From NCBI GenBank assembly GCA_905178155.1, contig CAJINV010000001.1:5650724-5714723 (forward strand): a stretch of DNA of 64,000 nt, written 5' to 3'. This document shows, piece by piece, positions 48,014 to 60,632 of the stretch. How positions within the stretch are numbered: position 1 is the stretch's first letter; every line of letters starts with the position of its first letter. Origin of the DNA: Amoebophrya sp. A120. Lineage: Eukaryota > Protista > Dinoflagellata. The notes under the pieces were generated by a model, which was given only the letters and a program-made list of their open reading frames with translations, was not told the DNA's origin and did not search any database. The position numbers were made by a program, and so were the translations under genes.

Positions 48014-51000
48014 TTAGAAACCTCCAGGGGCAGGCTCAGCGTCCGGTTCCGGTTTCTTCTCCGCAGCCTCTTCTGTCGCGGCGCCTTTCCCGCCACCACC
48101 CGCAGCCTCGGGGCCTTTATCCTTGCCTTTCAACTGTTCCTTCGACTTGCCTTTCGACTCGTCCCCCTTGTTGCCTCCTTTGTCGAAAGCCTTTCCTTTG
48201 CCTTTATCTCCTTTGTCAAACGGCTTGCCTTTGCCCTTATCTCCTTTGCCCTTACTATCTCCACCTTTGCCCTTGTCATCCGGAGTTGGAGTTCCACCTG
48301 CGCCATCATTTTTTTCCGCATCGGACGCGGCATTTCCCTCGCCAGTGGGTGGCGGAGTGTCTCCCTTTCCCGTTCCGTCTTTGCCCTTTCCGTCTAGCGG
48401 GCTCTTGCCGTCTTTGCCCTTGCTGTCGCCGCCTTTGCCTTTTCCCTCGCCAGTGGGTGGCGGAGTGTCTCCCTTGCCCGTTCCGTCTTTGCCCTTTCCG
48501 TCTAGAGGGCCCTTGCCGTCTTTGCCCTTGCTGTCGCCGCCTTTGCCTTTTCCCTCGCCAGTGGGTGGCGGAGTGTCTCCCTTGCCCGTTCCGTCTTTCC
48601 CCTTTCCGTCTGCCGGGCCCTTGCCGTCTTTCCCCTTGCCATCGTCGCTTTTGCCTTTCCCCTTGCCGTCTTCGCCCTTGCCGTCTTCGCCCTTGCCGTC
48701 TTTCCCCTTGCCGTCTTCGCCCTTGCCGTCTTTCCCCTTGCCGTCTTTTCCCTTGCCGCCGTCGCCCTTGCCGTCAAACCACCCCTTTCCATCCTTTCCT
48801 TTTCCATCTTTCCCCTTGCCATCTTTTCCCTTGAAGTCCCACGGGCCCTTACCGTCTTTCCCCTTTCCAAACTTTCCTTTATCGCCATTGATGCCCTTGT
48901 CATCTTTGCCCTTGCCCTTGTCCTCGCCTTTCTTTCCTTTTCCCTTGTCGCCCTTGCCCTTGGCCGCCCCCTTCGGCGCTCCCTTCGGCGCCGGACCGGC
49001 ATTCGCGTACTTGGCGCAGTACTCCGTTTGTTTATCGGGTTCCGCAGTCAACGGATACGGCAAGCACGTCGTGGGATTGGATCGCAGCCCGCTGAGCAAT
49101 CGTACCTGCTCGCCGCTTTTCGACCTGCTCTGGCCAACTTGCACCTAAGTCCATTCATTCGCGTTTTGCTTGTTTCATCTGCTGCTTCTTGAATAGCGCT
49201 GCAGAATAGCAGCTTCATCTCACGAGAGGACAAGTAAAAAGCTGTATCATTCAAAAACTTGAACTTCCACGATGCTACGAAATTGATAAATGTCGGTCCG
49301 TCTAATCGAAACAGCAGCGCAGTGGCGACGAAGACCGAGGAAAAAGCAAGCACAATAAACCGTTCCTTACCAGTATCACCACGGGGTCCTCGTCTTTGTA
49401 TTTCGTCTGCACGGTGCGGCTCTCCCCCGGTAGGTTCTCCGCGAACACCCTTCTGTCTTTCGGAAAGGGGGAATCGCCGTCACCGGACCGCAGTTCGGAC
49501 GCGAGCATCATCTGCACCGGCTTTCGCTCCTCGTGTTGCAGTTTCTTCGCAAACCGGTCCCGCCGAGCGTCGTCCGCGATGTGGGCCTTTAACCACTTTT
49601 CCAACTCCTCCTCAACTGTCGCTTCCGGCTGCTGTCCTTGAGCGGCCGGCGGCTCCTGCTCCAACGCCGAGGAGGCTTCGAGCCCGCCATCCGGCAAGTA
49701 GTTGCTGCGATGCCGCACGCGCCACGTGCGGCCCTTCCGGCTGAAGAGCTGCGACTCGATGCGCTCCTGGCGAAAAGTCATCCGCTTTTTCGTCTTCCCG
49801 AGTTCCAGAGCGGACGCGGACGACGAAGAACTTGAGGATGTTGAAGATCCGGTCAACGCGACGGCGCTGCCCAAATTGTCCGGGCCGGCCGGAAAAAAGT
49901 TAGGAAAGTCCTCCCCGGCCATGCGCAGGACGAGCTCCGTCCACTGCCCATTCCGGATCATTTCTCGAAACTTCGCCCGGACAACGCTCACGTCGTTCGG
50001 CGGCGTGGGGAGGTTCTCGTACGACGTTTTTGCGGACCGGTCGTAAAACGAAACAGCCTCGAAAATCTCGCTGGGTACGTCGTCCAAGTCGTTTTCGGTG
50101 CGCAGCTCGAAAATGCTGGCGCCCTGCAGGGTTGCCGTGTGCGCGGGGGCGTCTTTCGTGGTGGTGTGCCAGCAGTCCTGCAGGAACTGTTGCGACCAGT
50201 AGGATTCGAGCATCTGGGCGATTTTGGGCTGCAGGAGCGTGTAGCGGTCCTGGCCGAAGGCGTAACTGGGGTTCGCGGCGGCGCAGTCATGCTCCCCCAG
50301 CGAGCAATCCATGCAGACGCCGGAACGTGGCGGGTTCAGGATCTTGATGACCGCGCGCTCCACGCACTGGTTCTTACAGTCTAAAAGCGGGCTATTTTTG
50401 AAGACTTCTCCAAACGGCGAGCCCTCCGCCGACCGCGGCATAAGCTCGCCGAGCGTAGAGGCCAGTTCGTGCTTCGTGCCCGCCAGGAAGGACGTGAGCG
50501 GCTGCATCTTCCAACGGTTGCTCAAATCCTGGCCGCCGGGCCCGGGCGGCCAGAAGCCCACACTGCCCTGGCCGAGGCCGTAGGGCAGCGGCAACTCCTC
50601 AAACTTGTGGAACTCCTCGGCGGTCAACAGGCGGAACTGCAGTCTTTCCGGAGCAAACTCCACGGTCCCGGTGGCATCGCCGACCAGGTTCAGAATGTCC
50701 TCCTGCGCGTCGGCCGGCAGCGGCGCCCCGTCCTTCGGCTGCTTCTCCTTCAAGATCGCGGTCACGTTGGGCTGCAGAATGTCGGGAACATCCAGAAAAT
50801 ACGTGATTCCGGCTTCTGAAAAGAGGATTTCCCGCCCCTTCGGCAGCTTCTGCACCTGTGGAATAAACGTATTCAACAGGAAATTTCATATAAACAGAAC
50901 TGTGGTCCAATGCTCTTTTCTGGAAGACGGCAAAAGAGAAAGCTTGTTAAGCTAGAGTTAGTAGGAAACCACAACACAGAAGAGTAGTACCGCAACGCGT

Positions 51001-54000
51001 TCGCCTATTCTGCGAAGCATTTCTTCTGTGTTCAAGCAGAGGTCTAGATCCAGCTCCACCTCGTTCTCTCGGTCGTACACGGTGTCAATCGTGATCGCTC
51101 GGAAGTACTTCCTTAACTGCGTCGAGGAGAACTCGAACGGGTGCGGGTCGGGCTCCTTGTACCCAATCTTCACTTGCCCGGTACCGCGGTACTCGACCGC
51201 CGCGGACAGCATCATGCGCAGGAAGATCATCTGGTTCAGGGGGCAGAATTCCGTGCTCCACAGGTCCACCGCCATCACCGGTTTGTGCGCGAACAGGTGC
51301 CCCGACACCTTGGAATCCGCCACCATCACCAGGCCGTTTTCCAGCAGCTGGGTCAGCACGCCGTCCACGTCCGGCGGGCACACCGGCAGCTCGGGCTGCC
51401 GGTAGGGCTCGGCGCCGCCCACGCGCGGGTACCCGTTGTAGGGTTCGTACCCGGCGTCCGGGCGGACGAGGAGGGAACAGAGAATGCGCCGCAGATCGTC
51501 CAACTTCGCCGCCGTGCCCCGCAGCGCTACCTCCTCGTCACCGTGCTGCTTCTTCACCTCCTTCCACGTGCGCAGCGTGTACTGCTCGAAACTTTCCTGC
51601 GGCACGAGCTGGAAGTTCGCGACGTACTCGTCCTCGCCGGTGATCAAATCGAGCGAGACCCCGCCGTAGCTGCCGACCGGAATACACAAAGCCACCACGT
51701 CCGCCGCGTCCTGGCGCTTGAACATGATGTTCTCGTTCAGCACGCAGTCCTCGGGCATGCCGCGCACCGGATTCAGCCCCACGCGAAAGAAGATCGCGTA
51801 CAGCGCGTCCCCGTACACCTCAATCTTCTTGGTCCACTCTCTGCCATCCGTCAGCACGTCCGTGTAGTTTTTCGTGAGGAAATCCAGCGACAGCATGAAC
51901 ATCTAGTGTAGTTGATCATGACACTATCAAGTGGGAATTGCTCTGGGTATAATTTGTACCAATGTAGGGACGTGCATAAAAAAATGCTACTGCTGAAATC
52001 AGCTTAAGTTCTTGCAACTTTCGGTCGAAGAAATTGAAAATGAAAATCCGGCAGATCATCACACCAGCGTGGTAACTACAACTCGTCCTCACGACCCAAA
52101 CACGATATATTACCCAATTATCCACCATGTATTCTATACCTGTGAGGATTCGGAGCAGGGCTCGCGCGGCACGGCGTGCTCGTAGCTTCCCCGCTCATTG
52201 AAAGGGTTCATGTCCGGCCCTTCCAGCCCGTAGGCCCGCTCCAACGGCGAGACCGGGCGGTACTTTTTCTTGTGCGTCACTCCCTCTTGCAACACAAACC
52301 GCCCCGGCAGCTCGGCGTCGTTGTAATCGCCCTCGATGTAGAAAACCGGGCCGACGCCGTTCACCCGGTAGAACAACGGGTTTTGCCGCACCGGCTTCAC
52401 CCGCAGCTCGTTGTTGATCTCAAAGTACACGCGTTCCTTGTACTCCGCGATGTGCACCACCTCCATGTCTTCGAACGACTCCCCCGCCGCGCCCGGCTTC
52501 GCCTGCGCCTTCTCCGCCTCCGCTTTCTGGAGTGCCTGCTTCGCTTTCGCCTGGACCTGCTTCGCCTGCGCAGACAGCTTGGCGCTCATACTCGTGGCCA
52601 AGTCGCTCTTCTGCATGTGGGTGATTTTCTCCTCCACGTCCAGATCCTCGTCCTCGTACATGCGCAGCTCCTCGCGCTTTTTCTTCTCCTGCATTTCCAG
52701 GATCTCGCTGATTTCCCCCTCCGACTTGCCCATGGCCTTCATTTTTGCCGTCATCATCTCTTTCTCCTCGTCGGACAGTTTGCCCGTGGGGGGGCCCTGC
52801 GGCCCCTTGCCCTTGCCCTTCTTCGCGTCTTTGCCTTTTGACATACTTTTGGGGGCATCCGGCTTACCCTTGTTCATATCGCCCTTGCCTTTCATACCCT
52901 TTCCCGCCGCATCGGACTCGCCTCCGGGCGGTGGGCCGGCCTCCAAGAAGGACTCGGGGGGGACAAGAAGAACGTCGGACTCAGCTGGTGCAAAGCGGCC
53001 GTCCAGTACGGCCGTGTCCGTTTGGCTGCCTCCTTGCTGCGCATTCGTTCGCGCACGCTGTCCCGCAGTAGAGCCGTACTGGTCCTCGAGAAACGCCGTC
53101 CCTTCCTGCAGTGTGTTGTCACCACGCGTACCTTTTATCTCTGCTGCGGTTTCAGCTTTATCTCTACCCTCTGGAGGTACCACGAACGTCGACGACCCTA
53201 GTCGCGCTTCGCTTGCCTCGCCGGCTTTCGTAGCTGTACTTGTTGCATCGTCTACATCAAGTTCCAGCTCTTTCATCTCTAAAAACGAGCCGGCCGCGTC
53301 ATCATTTTGCAACTCGAGGAAGGATGCGGCTTCGGCGTTGGCCCTCTTCGTGTACGCGGCGTGGAGCTGCTTGGTGATTTCAACCAGTTGCCCAACCTTC
53401 GCCGCCGTCGGTTCCGAAAGCTCGGCATCGAAGTCTTCCTGCAAAGCGTCTATTGCGGGGATTATCATGTAACACAAAGCCGAAACTTCTGTGTAGTCGC
53501 GCTCCATCTGATGTAAGTTTTCGTTTTGCTCTTTCAGTGGTGGCACAGTGGGTTCTCATGGTAAGTACTCATTCTGGGTAAAAACCACTTTCACATTGAG
53601 GCCCTCCTGTCAGCAGTAGCGACGCTACGCAACACAAACAGACGTGGCACGGCACGCCATGCTACTTCCACTTCGATACAGACAAACCAGAAACAAAAAA
53701 ACGAAACTGTACGTTCACTAGCCCGGTATATTCGTCCAGTTGGTCCACGAGTTCCTCCGCGCTTACCCGCGCGATGTGCCAACTCTCCTCGTTCTTTTCC
53801 GCCAGCGCCTCGAAAAACTCCTTCACCTTTGCGCTCGCGTCGCCCGCCGCTTGCTCGGCGGCCGCGACCTTTCGCCCGAGGTCCTCCTTCACCGCGACCA
53901 TGTGGCTCCCGCGCATGCCCTCCACCTTGACCGGCCTGGTCTGCTGCAGCTTTTTTTCCACCGACTTTCGCACACCCAGGGTGTCCAGGTACGCGACCAA

Positions 54001-54560
54001 GTCCGGATTCTGGTCTGGCTTGAACGGAACTAAATCGCTCGGCGACATGGTGGAGACGAAAAAGTTTGGGTTTTTCCCGAAGATGTCCAGGTGCAGCAGC
54101 GTGTACCTCTTTTTCTTCGACTCCGCCAGCAGCCGCTTGTTCTCGGCCGCCCGCCCCTTGCAGTTGTCATCCGCCCACTGCGCCCGGCGCAGCGTCAAGA
54201 TCGGCGCCTCCGCATCCAGGCTCTCGCTGCCCAGGTCGGTGAAGCGGACGTGGGCCCAGATCTCGTCCGGAATGTCGTCCGCGTTCACTTGACTCAGCAC
54301 CAGCACGCCCTGCGGTCGCGTCTCCAGCAGCAGCGGCGGGTGCTTGGCCTTCGAGATTTCCCAGGACCGCTGCAGGAGCGACTCCGCGACGACCGGCGTG
54401 TTCAGCAGAGTGCTGCGGTGAACGATGCGCTGGCTCTTGGTCGACACCCCGCCGATCCAGTCCTTTTCATCTTTGAACCCACTGTAGATCCACGCCGGTT
54501 CGTCGTATGGCGTGAAGTAAACGTCTTCCGTGGCGGAGTAGGGGACGGCACAGTGTCCTG
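48014..54560 (-). CDS. Large multi-exon protein of unknown function with a Gly/Lys/Asp-rich C-terminus
   Basis: Long GC3-rich ORFs (53662-54816, 52134-53546, 50958-51902, 49302-50876, 48014-49144) bounded by GT/AG sites. The 5' end, and possible fusion with the upstream gene, are unresolved. Confidence 0.6.
48330..48970 (-). repeat. Coding tandem repeats: 108-bp unit x about 3, plus 15-bp GKGKD/GKGED units
   Basis: 'CCAGTGGGTGGCGGAGTGTCT' recurs at about 48342, 48450 and 48558; runs of CCCTTGCCGTCTTYS. Confidence 0.9.
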
Positions 54561-54812
54561 AGGAAAAGATGTGAAACCACGACACTGAGCATCGAGACAG
54601 TAAAGGCCTACCAAAATTATATCTTTTTGCTGACAGTAGACGGAGGTGTGACCCTCCACGAACATTTTTGCGCCGCACAACAGGACATGCGCGTCCAATT
54701 TTTTCATACGGTAGTACCAGTCTATGCGCTGCTGCAATCTTCGTCGTCGTGCTTGTGTGTTGCATCACTTGATTCCAAAAAAAAACTGCAAGCAGCCAAA
54801 GTCGCGTATGCA

Positions 54813-57800
54813 TCACATGGCTTCAACATCTTTTTCCGCGGATACACAGACCCCCTGCTGCGGGATCAGAACTTGAATGGCCCCCTGGTCGACACAATCT
54901 TCCAAAGCGGCGCCACCGTCGCCGCCGCCCAGATCGCTGAACCGCTCCGCGAGCCCGTTGTAGACCGATTTCAAGTAGCCAATTGCGGTGGTGTCTCCGC
55001 GCGCCGCGGCGAGTGCCTGTCGGCGCCACATCAAATCCTGCGCGTCGAACTTTTCTCTTTCCTCGTCGGTCATCATCACGCGGGGCATCGCAGATTGCTT
55101 GGCCGTGATGCGCTTGAGCGCGGCCCGCGCAGGCTTCGTGGAGCGCTCCTGGTTGGTCGCGTAGGTGGCGAACGGGGTTTTCACGTAGCTGTCGCATCCC
55201 GGCGGCGTCCACAATCGCGCCGGGGACCAGGCCTGCTCGTACTCCCCGGGCGAAAGAAAGTGCTCCGGACGCCTCGCGTCCAAATCCATCCAACGCTTCA
55301 CCGTGTGCGGGAAAAAGTTGTTGCCGCTCATAGCGCTGGACGTCACGTAGGCGCCTGCGACCACCGTTCCGACTGCCACCCCAACCGCCGTCCCGAGGCA
55401 TACCACCGCGCCGACGGGATTCGCGCACAAAGCAAGTGCCGGCGCCGCCGGCCCCGCCAGAGCTGCCATAGAGCCCATGACAGTGCCGGCCGTGCTTATC
55501 GCGCCGCCGATACCCGAGAGTATGCCCAAGGATGTACCAACAGCGGCACCAACAACCGGAACCGCCGTAACACCGCCAAGTGCGGGGGCGATAACACCAG
55601 CAGCAGCACCCGCGATGGCCAGTCCCGAAACGCCAGCAACTGACTTCCCGAAAGTCCTGTGTTGAAGAATAGAAACTTTCGTCGATCTGAATTCGCTTTC
55701 GCAATTCCGCGAAGAACGCATCGTGCAGGCAGCACATGAAGATCTTTTTTACATCATTTCCTCGTCGTGTAGAAAGGGCAAAACCCAGCAAAAATCAAAA
55801 TCTACAAAAGCAGATCACTACCTTGCTGCACTGAAGCCGGCGCCTCCGTAATTTATCTTGTCAAGCTTGCGCCCCTCGACGCCCTCAACAGCGAGGGGCC
55901 GCTGCGGACCCGCGTGGACATCCAGCCGCAGGGCGCGGATTTCCTTTTCATCCACTTTGCCGAGTCTCTCCAGGTCCACTCCGAGCTTCTCGGTCAACGT
56001 CGTTTTGCAGGTTGACGTCACGTCTTTCAGCCTCTTCAAGTCCAAGGCTACTATGGGCTGGGGATACAGGTATCGTGGGTCCCGCAGGTCGGGGCGTTCC
56101 TTGATGCCCACGAAGGGAGCCGCCGCCTCCGGTCGCAGCTGCAAGACCGTACCGCCACCATACGCACCGTTTTGGACAGTAAGATCCCTTTTCAGCTCTT
56201 CGTTGCAGGACGCGCCCGCCAACCACTTGTCTTCATCCCCGCCGTCGTCTCCTCTCGTGTTCATCTCAACGAAAGAAGCTGCCTTGCTGTTTTTTTCTTC
56301 TTCCTTGGGCGCTTGTGCATAGAGAGCGCAAAGTTTCTGGATCAGACTGGAGGGCTATGGAATTGCACAACTCCCCTTTCCCCGTATTCGACGGGATGAA
56401 CCGCAACACAAGCAGTAGCACAAACGTGGCTTCCGTGTGACGTTGTATCCACGCCCCGATTGTCATTTTCCATGACATCGAATGAAGGGAAGTTGAGTCA
56501 TGCAGTCTCATAACGGCGGTTGATCCGGCGACAGTCCACGTATAAAATTCGCGTTTGGCCCCGATACCCCACCCGCGGCAAAATCATGATCCGGTATCCA
56601 CCTGAAAATTTCCAAGGCCTTCTTTTTGTTTTTGCACTCTCATAAGGATATTAGCCAACAGTCATGCAGTCTGATGTTTCAAACACCATACAACCTTTCT
56701 TTTTTTATCGCAGTATTCAGCACAAGTACTTGTTGTTTTTTTCGAAGTCCGCTTTTTTGTAGTCATCGCGGTCCGTGACGCCCTCCTTCGCGGGAAAGAC
56801 CGTCTCGGGTACGAGGCGAAAATGGGGCTTGTCGTGGTCCCAGAGCAGCGCGATCGCCGGAAACATGAACCATTTCCCCCCGTCGAACTTGCCCGTCGAA
56901 CTACCTCCCACCGGGTATTTATCCCCATACCGCACGCCTTTGTAGTCGTAGTGTTCCGGCAGGAGCAAACACTGTTTGACACACTCCACATCACTCTCGA
57001 TCTTGACTTCCCGCTTCTCGATTTCGAAAGTTTTTTCGTCCCGCTTAATCTCCAAGCACATGCACTTCTCCTTCTCCCAATCGCGCAAAACCACGCCCTC
57101 CAAAATTGCCGGCGGAATGAGGTCGATCTGGTTCCGCCGCCACTGCTGCGTGTTCTTGTCCACGCCGCGAGGGTTCCACCCCGGGTAGATGACCGACTCC
57201 CTTCTGCCGTGCGTGCCATCTACTTCCTTGGGCCTCCGCGGTACATACACCGGCATGTACACCTTGTGGTCGCACTTCGGGGGCGCGTCGACGGCCCCGC
57301 CCTTGGGAAAGGGCTGGTCGTAAACCGCCTCGAACATCTCGTTGGTGGCAAAAAAAAAGGCGCCCGCCGGCTCCTTTCCCTTGCCCTCCGCATCCTCCTC
57401 CACCGGGGGCAGAAAGGGGCTCAGCAACGCGTTCTCCACACTACCCTCGTCCGGCTGCGGGTGCGCGCCCAAGTGCTTCTCCGCCAGCGTGGGCGCCTGG
57501 GTCGTCGTCGTCGTCTCTGATTCGCCGAAAACCTGGATGAGTTGAAGGTAGACCTCGTGCATCATAATTCACAAGAACAGCTCCTACATCTACACGCCGG
57601 GGACGGCCGCGTTTGTCATAGCTATAACAACAACTTGGAGCCAACAAAATTTGTTTAGTACTAACAAATTTCATACCGCGGAGAAAAGGCCCCACTGAAC
57701 TTCCAGCAAGGAGGAGCCAGCCGTTACTCTCGGCGTGGCCCCGGACGGAATAGCGCCCCCGATCTTCTTTTTTTTTCTCGTGGTTCCTGCTTCATTTGCA

Positions 57801-59065
57801 TTGGTCGCTGCTGTGTCATCTCCACCCGCGTCTGACAAGAACTGCGCCCCGAATGCGTTTTCGGCGTTCATGTTGATTTTACTTCGCGGCGCGCCAGGCC
57901 CGAGCTCTAGGCTGGAAAAAGATCGCGGTTCTCTGGTCGTGCCACTGAATAAAGTGCTGTCAAATTTATGACGGTCCTCGTTGGTTCCCGAACTCTCGCT
58001 GTGCCTCCTGGACACATAAATAACAAACCAGAAGGCCACGAGCGCGACGGCAACAACAGCGGGCAAGCGGCTGCTCTTGCGATGCGGCGCGACGTCCGAT
58101 TGCGTTTCTTGCTTCTTGTTTTCCAGCGTGCACTCGTTAGTACCTGCGACATGACTGCGAGAAATTATGGGCCACCGGTGAAACAACCGCCACTCGCGTA
58201 ATCTCCTCGCTGTACACCGAGCGGTCCGGCGTGTGATCCGGCGGCACTGCCGCACGGGCCAGAATCGCTTCAAACAACCGCACCTACTGCTTGCTGTTCT
58301 TGAAAAATCCCCGCCCTTGATGTCCCTGCTCCCACGCCCCGTGTCTCGCCCGGACGTGATTTTGACTTGCTTGTTGCCTTTTTCAAACCAGGCGGGTTCG
58401 TCTTCACATTCCGTCTCGGTCTCTGACGTTGTGCGACTGCGCAAACGGGCCGAGGAACTTGATGAGCTTGTATTTCCGGGCTCGAGGGGAAATAATTCCG
58501 GCTGGATGTCGGCCGTGCTCCCCGACTCTGGGTCGTCCCGGCGCACCGCTTCCCGCTTCCCCCGGCGGCGCCCCTCTGGGTAAAATAAAGGATCATGATC
58601 ATTCACAACACCAAAGTGGAGGTGATCCTCCTCACCATTGGCCTCCGTGCCGCCCGTTTCCCCCGTCCCGCCCACGGACATCCCGGACCTGTCCAGGGCA
58701 TTGCTGTCCCCCTCGCGCCGCAGTCGTCCTTCTTCAGAGAGGTCGTACGCGGCCGAATTGTGAACTGATCCCCAATATGTTGGCTCCTGCCCCGCAACAC
58801 CCCCGCTGTTGAGTCTGCTAGTACCTCCTGATGCAGCTGTCCTTGTCCTCGCACCATCGTGGTCGTCCCGACGACCCTCCGCGGCGAGCAGACGCGAGGC
58901 CTGCAGGACGGACTCGAGCTCCTCATCCTGCAAGGCAGTCGGATCTTCCAGAAGGTCCTCCTGCTCGGCCCCGTCTTCGGGGGTGCCGGGACTGGAATCA
59001 TCAGCGCAAAAGAAACACCCAACTTGCGGCGTTTCCGGGGATCCAACCGGTTTTTTCTTGGTCAT
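54813..59065 (-). CDS. Type II membrane protein with a long Gly/Ala-rich hydrophobic segment, multi-exon
   Basis: TM 'LPAVVAVALVAFWFVIYV' in 57671-59065. Downstream exons at 56717-57565, 55818-56264 and 54813-55660 have GT-AG boundaries. Connectivity is inferred. Confidence 0.55.
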
Positions 59066-60152
59066 ACCCGCCAGTGGCCATGGTGGTGCAGCTCTGGCTT
59101 TTCCTCACGTGGACGTCGTCCCCGCGACATTTGGTCATTTGCGCAACTCAACCGCCGCAACCATCCCCGACGGCAAAAGGGCGGAAGCTAGCTTTAGTAC
59201 CAAACGCGAGCGTGGCAGTTCTCCATTAATATCAACAGAAGTCGCGAGCAACATACAAGAGGCATTGATTCAAGGCATAGGTTGGTACTTATTCTGCGCA
59301 CCACCCACTCCGGTTTCTCTCCTCTCACGCAGAGAAAAGAATTAAAGTGAAAAATCTCTGTACGTACCTGCTCCGCAAAAAAGTTTTTACCCTAGGAGGT
59401 AAACAGAAGCTCCTGAATAAACAAATCAATTTGCAGCACTCTCGCTTGACCTCTCGCTCATCGAGACGCTGCACTGCAGAGCGTAGAACCGGCCTGGGAC
59501 CCAGAGAGTCATGGCAAAAATAAAAATCGCATGTTCGCGAACCGCCCAAGCCTGCTACTATTGCAAGCACTGCAACCAGTACAAGGACTTGAAGGATGCC
59601 GTTTGCTTTCATTTTTAAAGAAACCGAAAATTTGTTTTACGTGCACAATGAATGATTCGTCGTTCGTGTGTGTTTCTCTTTCTTCGTCGACAAGAGGCAC
59701 TCCTAACTTCTCACGCAGAGGACTTCTGTTCAGTAGTCATCCCACCGGTTTGCGTGCTGCTTGTGAAACATGTCCATCCGACGCTGCTTCAGCTTCCGGG
59801 TGTTCAGAAAGAACAACTCCATCGGTCGGCAGAGCACATTGGGAAGAAACATGTGTTTCGCGTTGCACGGGGGCGGAGCCATCTCGGGGTCTGCGGCGTA
59901 CATCCGGTGCTTCTTCAGGTAGTTCAGTTCGTCCTATGAGAGTGCACAAGTCCCCCATATGCAATCATTTGTATTGCAGGTAAAGCACTACAAACACCGC
60001 CACACCTGGAGCCTGTGCATGGCAAATTCATGCGCCTAGTGTAGTACTGTTTGGGCAGCTTCCGGAATCTGTCATGCATAGTAGTGACGCAAGGGCGCAA
60101 TTCGATTTGAGATTTTGCATGAGAAATGAGAACGAGGGGAAATTGTGCACTT

Positions 60153-60632
60153 TCATACGTCCAACCAGTACTGTTCCCCGACCGGGGACAGCCGGTACCG
60201 TTCGTGCCACCAACTGTTTTGAAACGTCGCGCGCCCGCCCACCGGCCCCTCCGGCCACATCTTGTGCCGGGACTGCGGGTACTTCATGTTTCCAAAGTAG
60301 TCGCGCGGCATGTAGTCCAGCGCCCACGCCTCCCAATGCTGCGAGGGCGAAGTAAAAGACGTTTTAACCTGTCTCGTTGCCGCTGTTCTACTTTTCCCCT
60401 GCATCACTGTACTCATCGACCTCGACATTAGACTGGCCCCGGTGCAATGGCTCGGAGGGACCGATATTATCGAGTGAAGATTCATCTGCGTTGACTTCTC
60501 ATTCGCACGCGCGGTACTTGATGCAGATCCTCCCGGCAGATGGATCCAATCCCAGAGACTGGGCAGCTGAGAGGTCACAGATGATACTACCGTCATTATT
60601 GCATTCCATTGAGATGTTTTATCTCCAGACAC
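60153..60632 (-). CDS. Exon(s) of an unknown protein
   Basis: Trp/Tyr-rich, protein-like stretch 'HWEAWALDYMPRDYFGNMKYP..SWWHERYRLSPVGEQYWLD'. Confidence 0.45.
   Translation of the reverse strand: MSGDKTSQWNAIMTVVSSVTSQLPSLWDWIHLPGGSASSTARANEKSTQMNLHSIISVPPSHCTGASLMSRSMSTVMQGKSRTAATRQVKTSFTSPSQHWEAWALDYMPRDYFGNMKYPQSRHKMWPEGPVGGRATFQNSWWHERYRLSPVGEQYWLDV

Noticed and set aside
54813-54816. Overlapping stop/start (TGATG) suggesting translational coupling
   Set aside because: The region can equally be explained by introns (a GT follows GCCAT); it cannot be resolved without cDNA.
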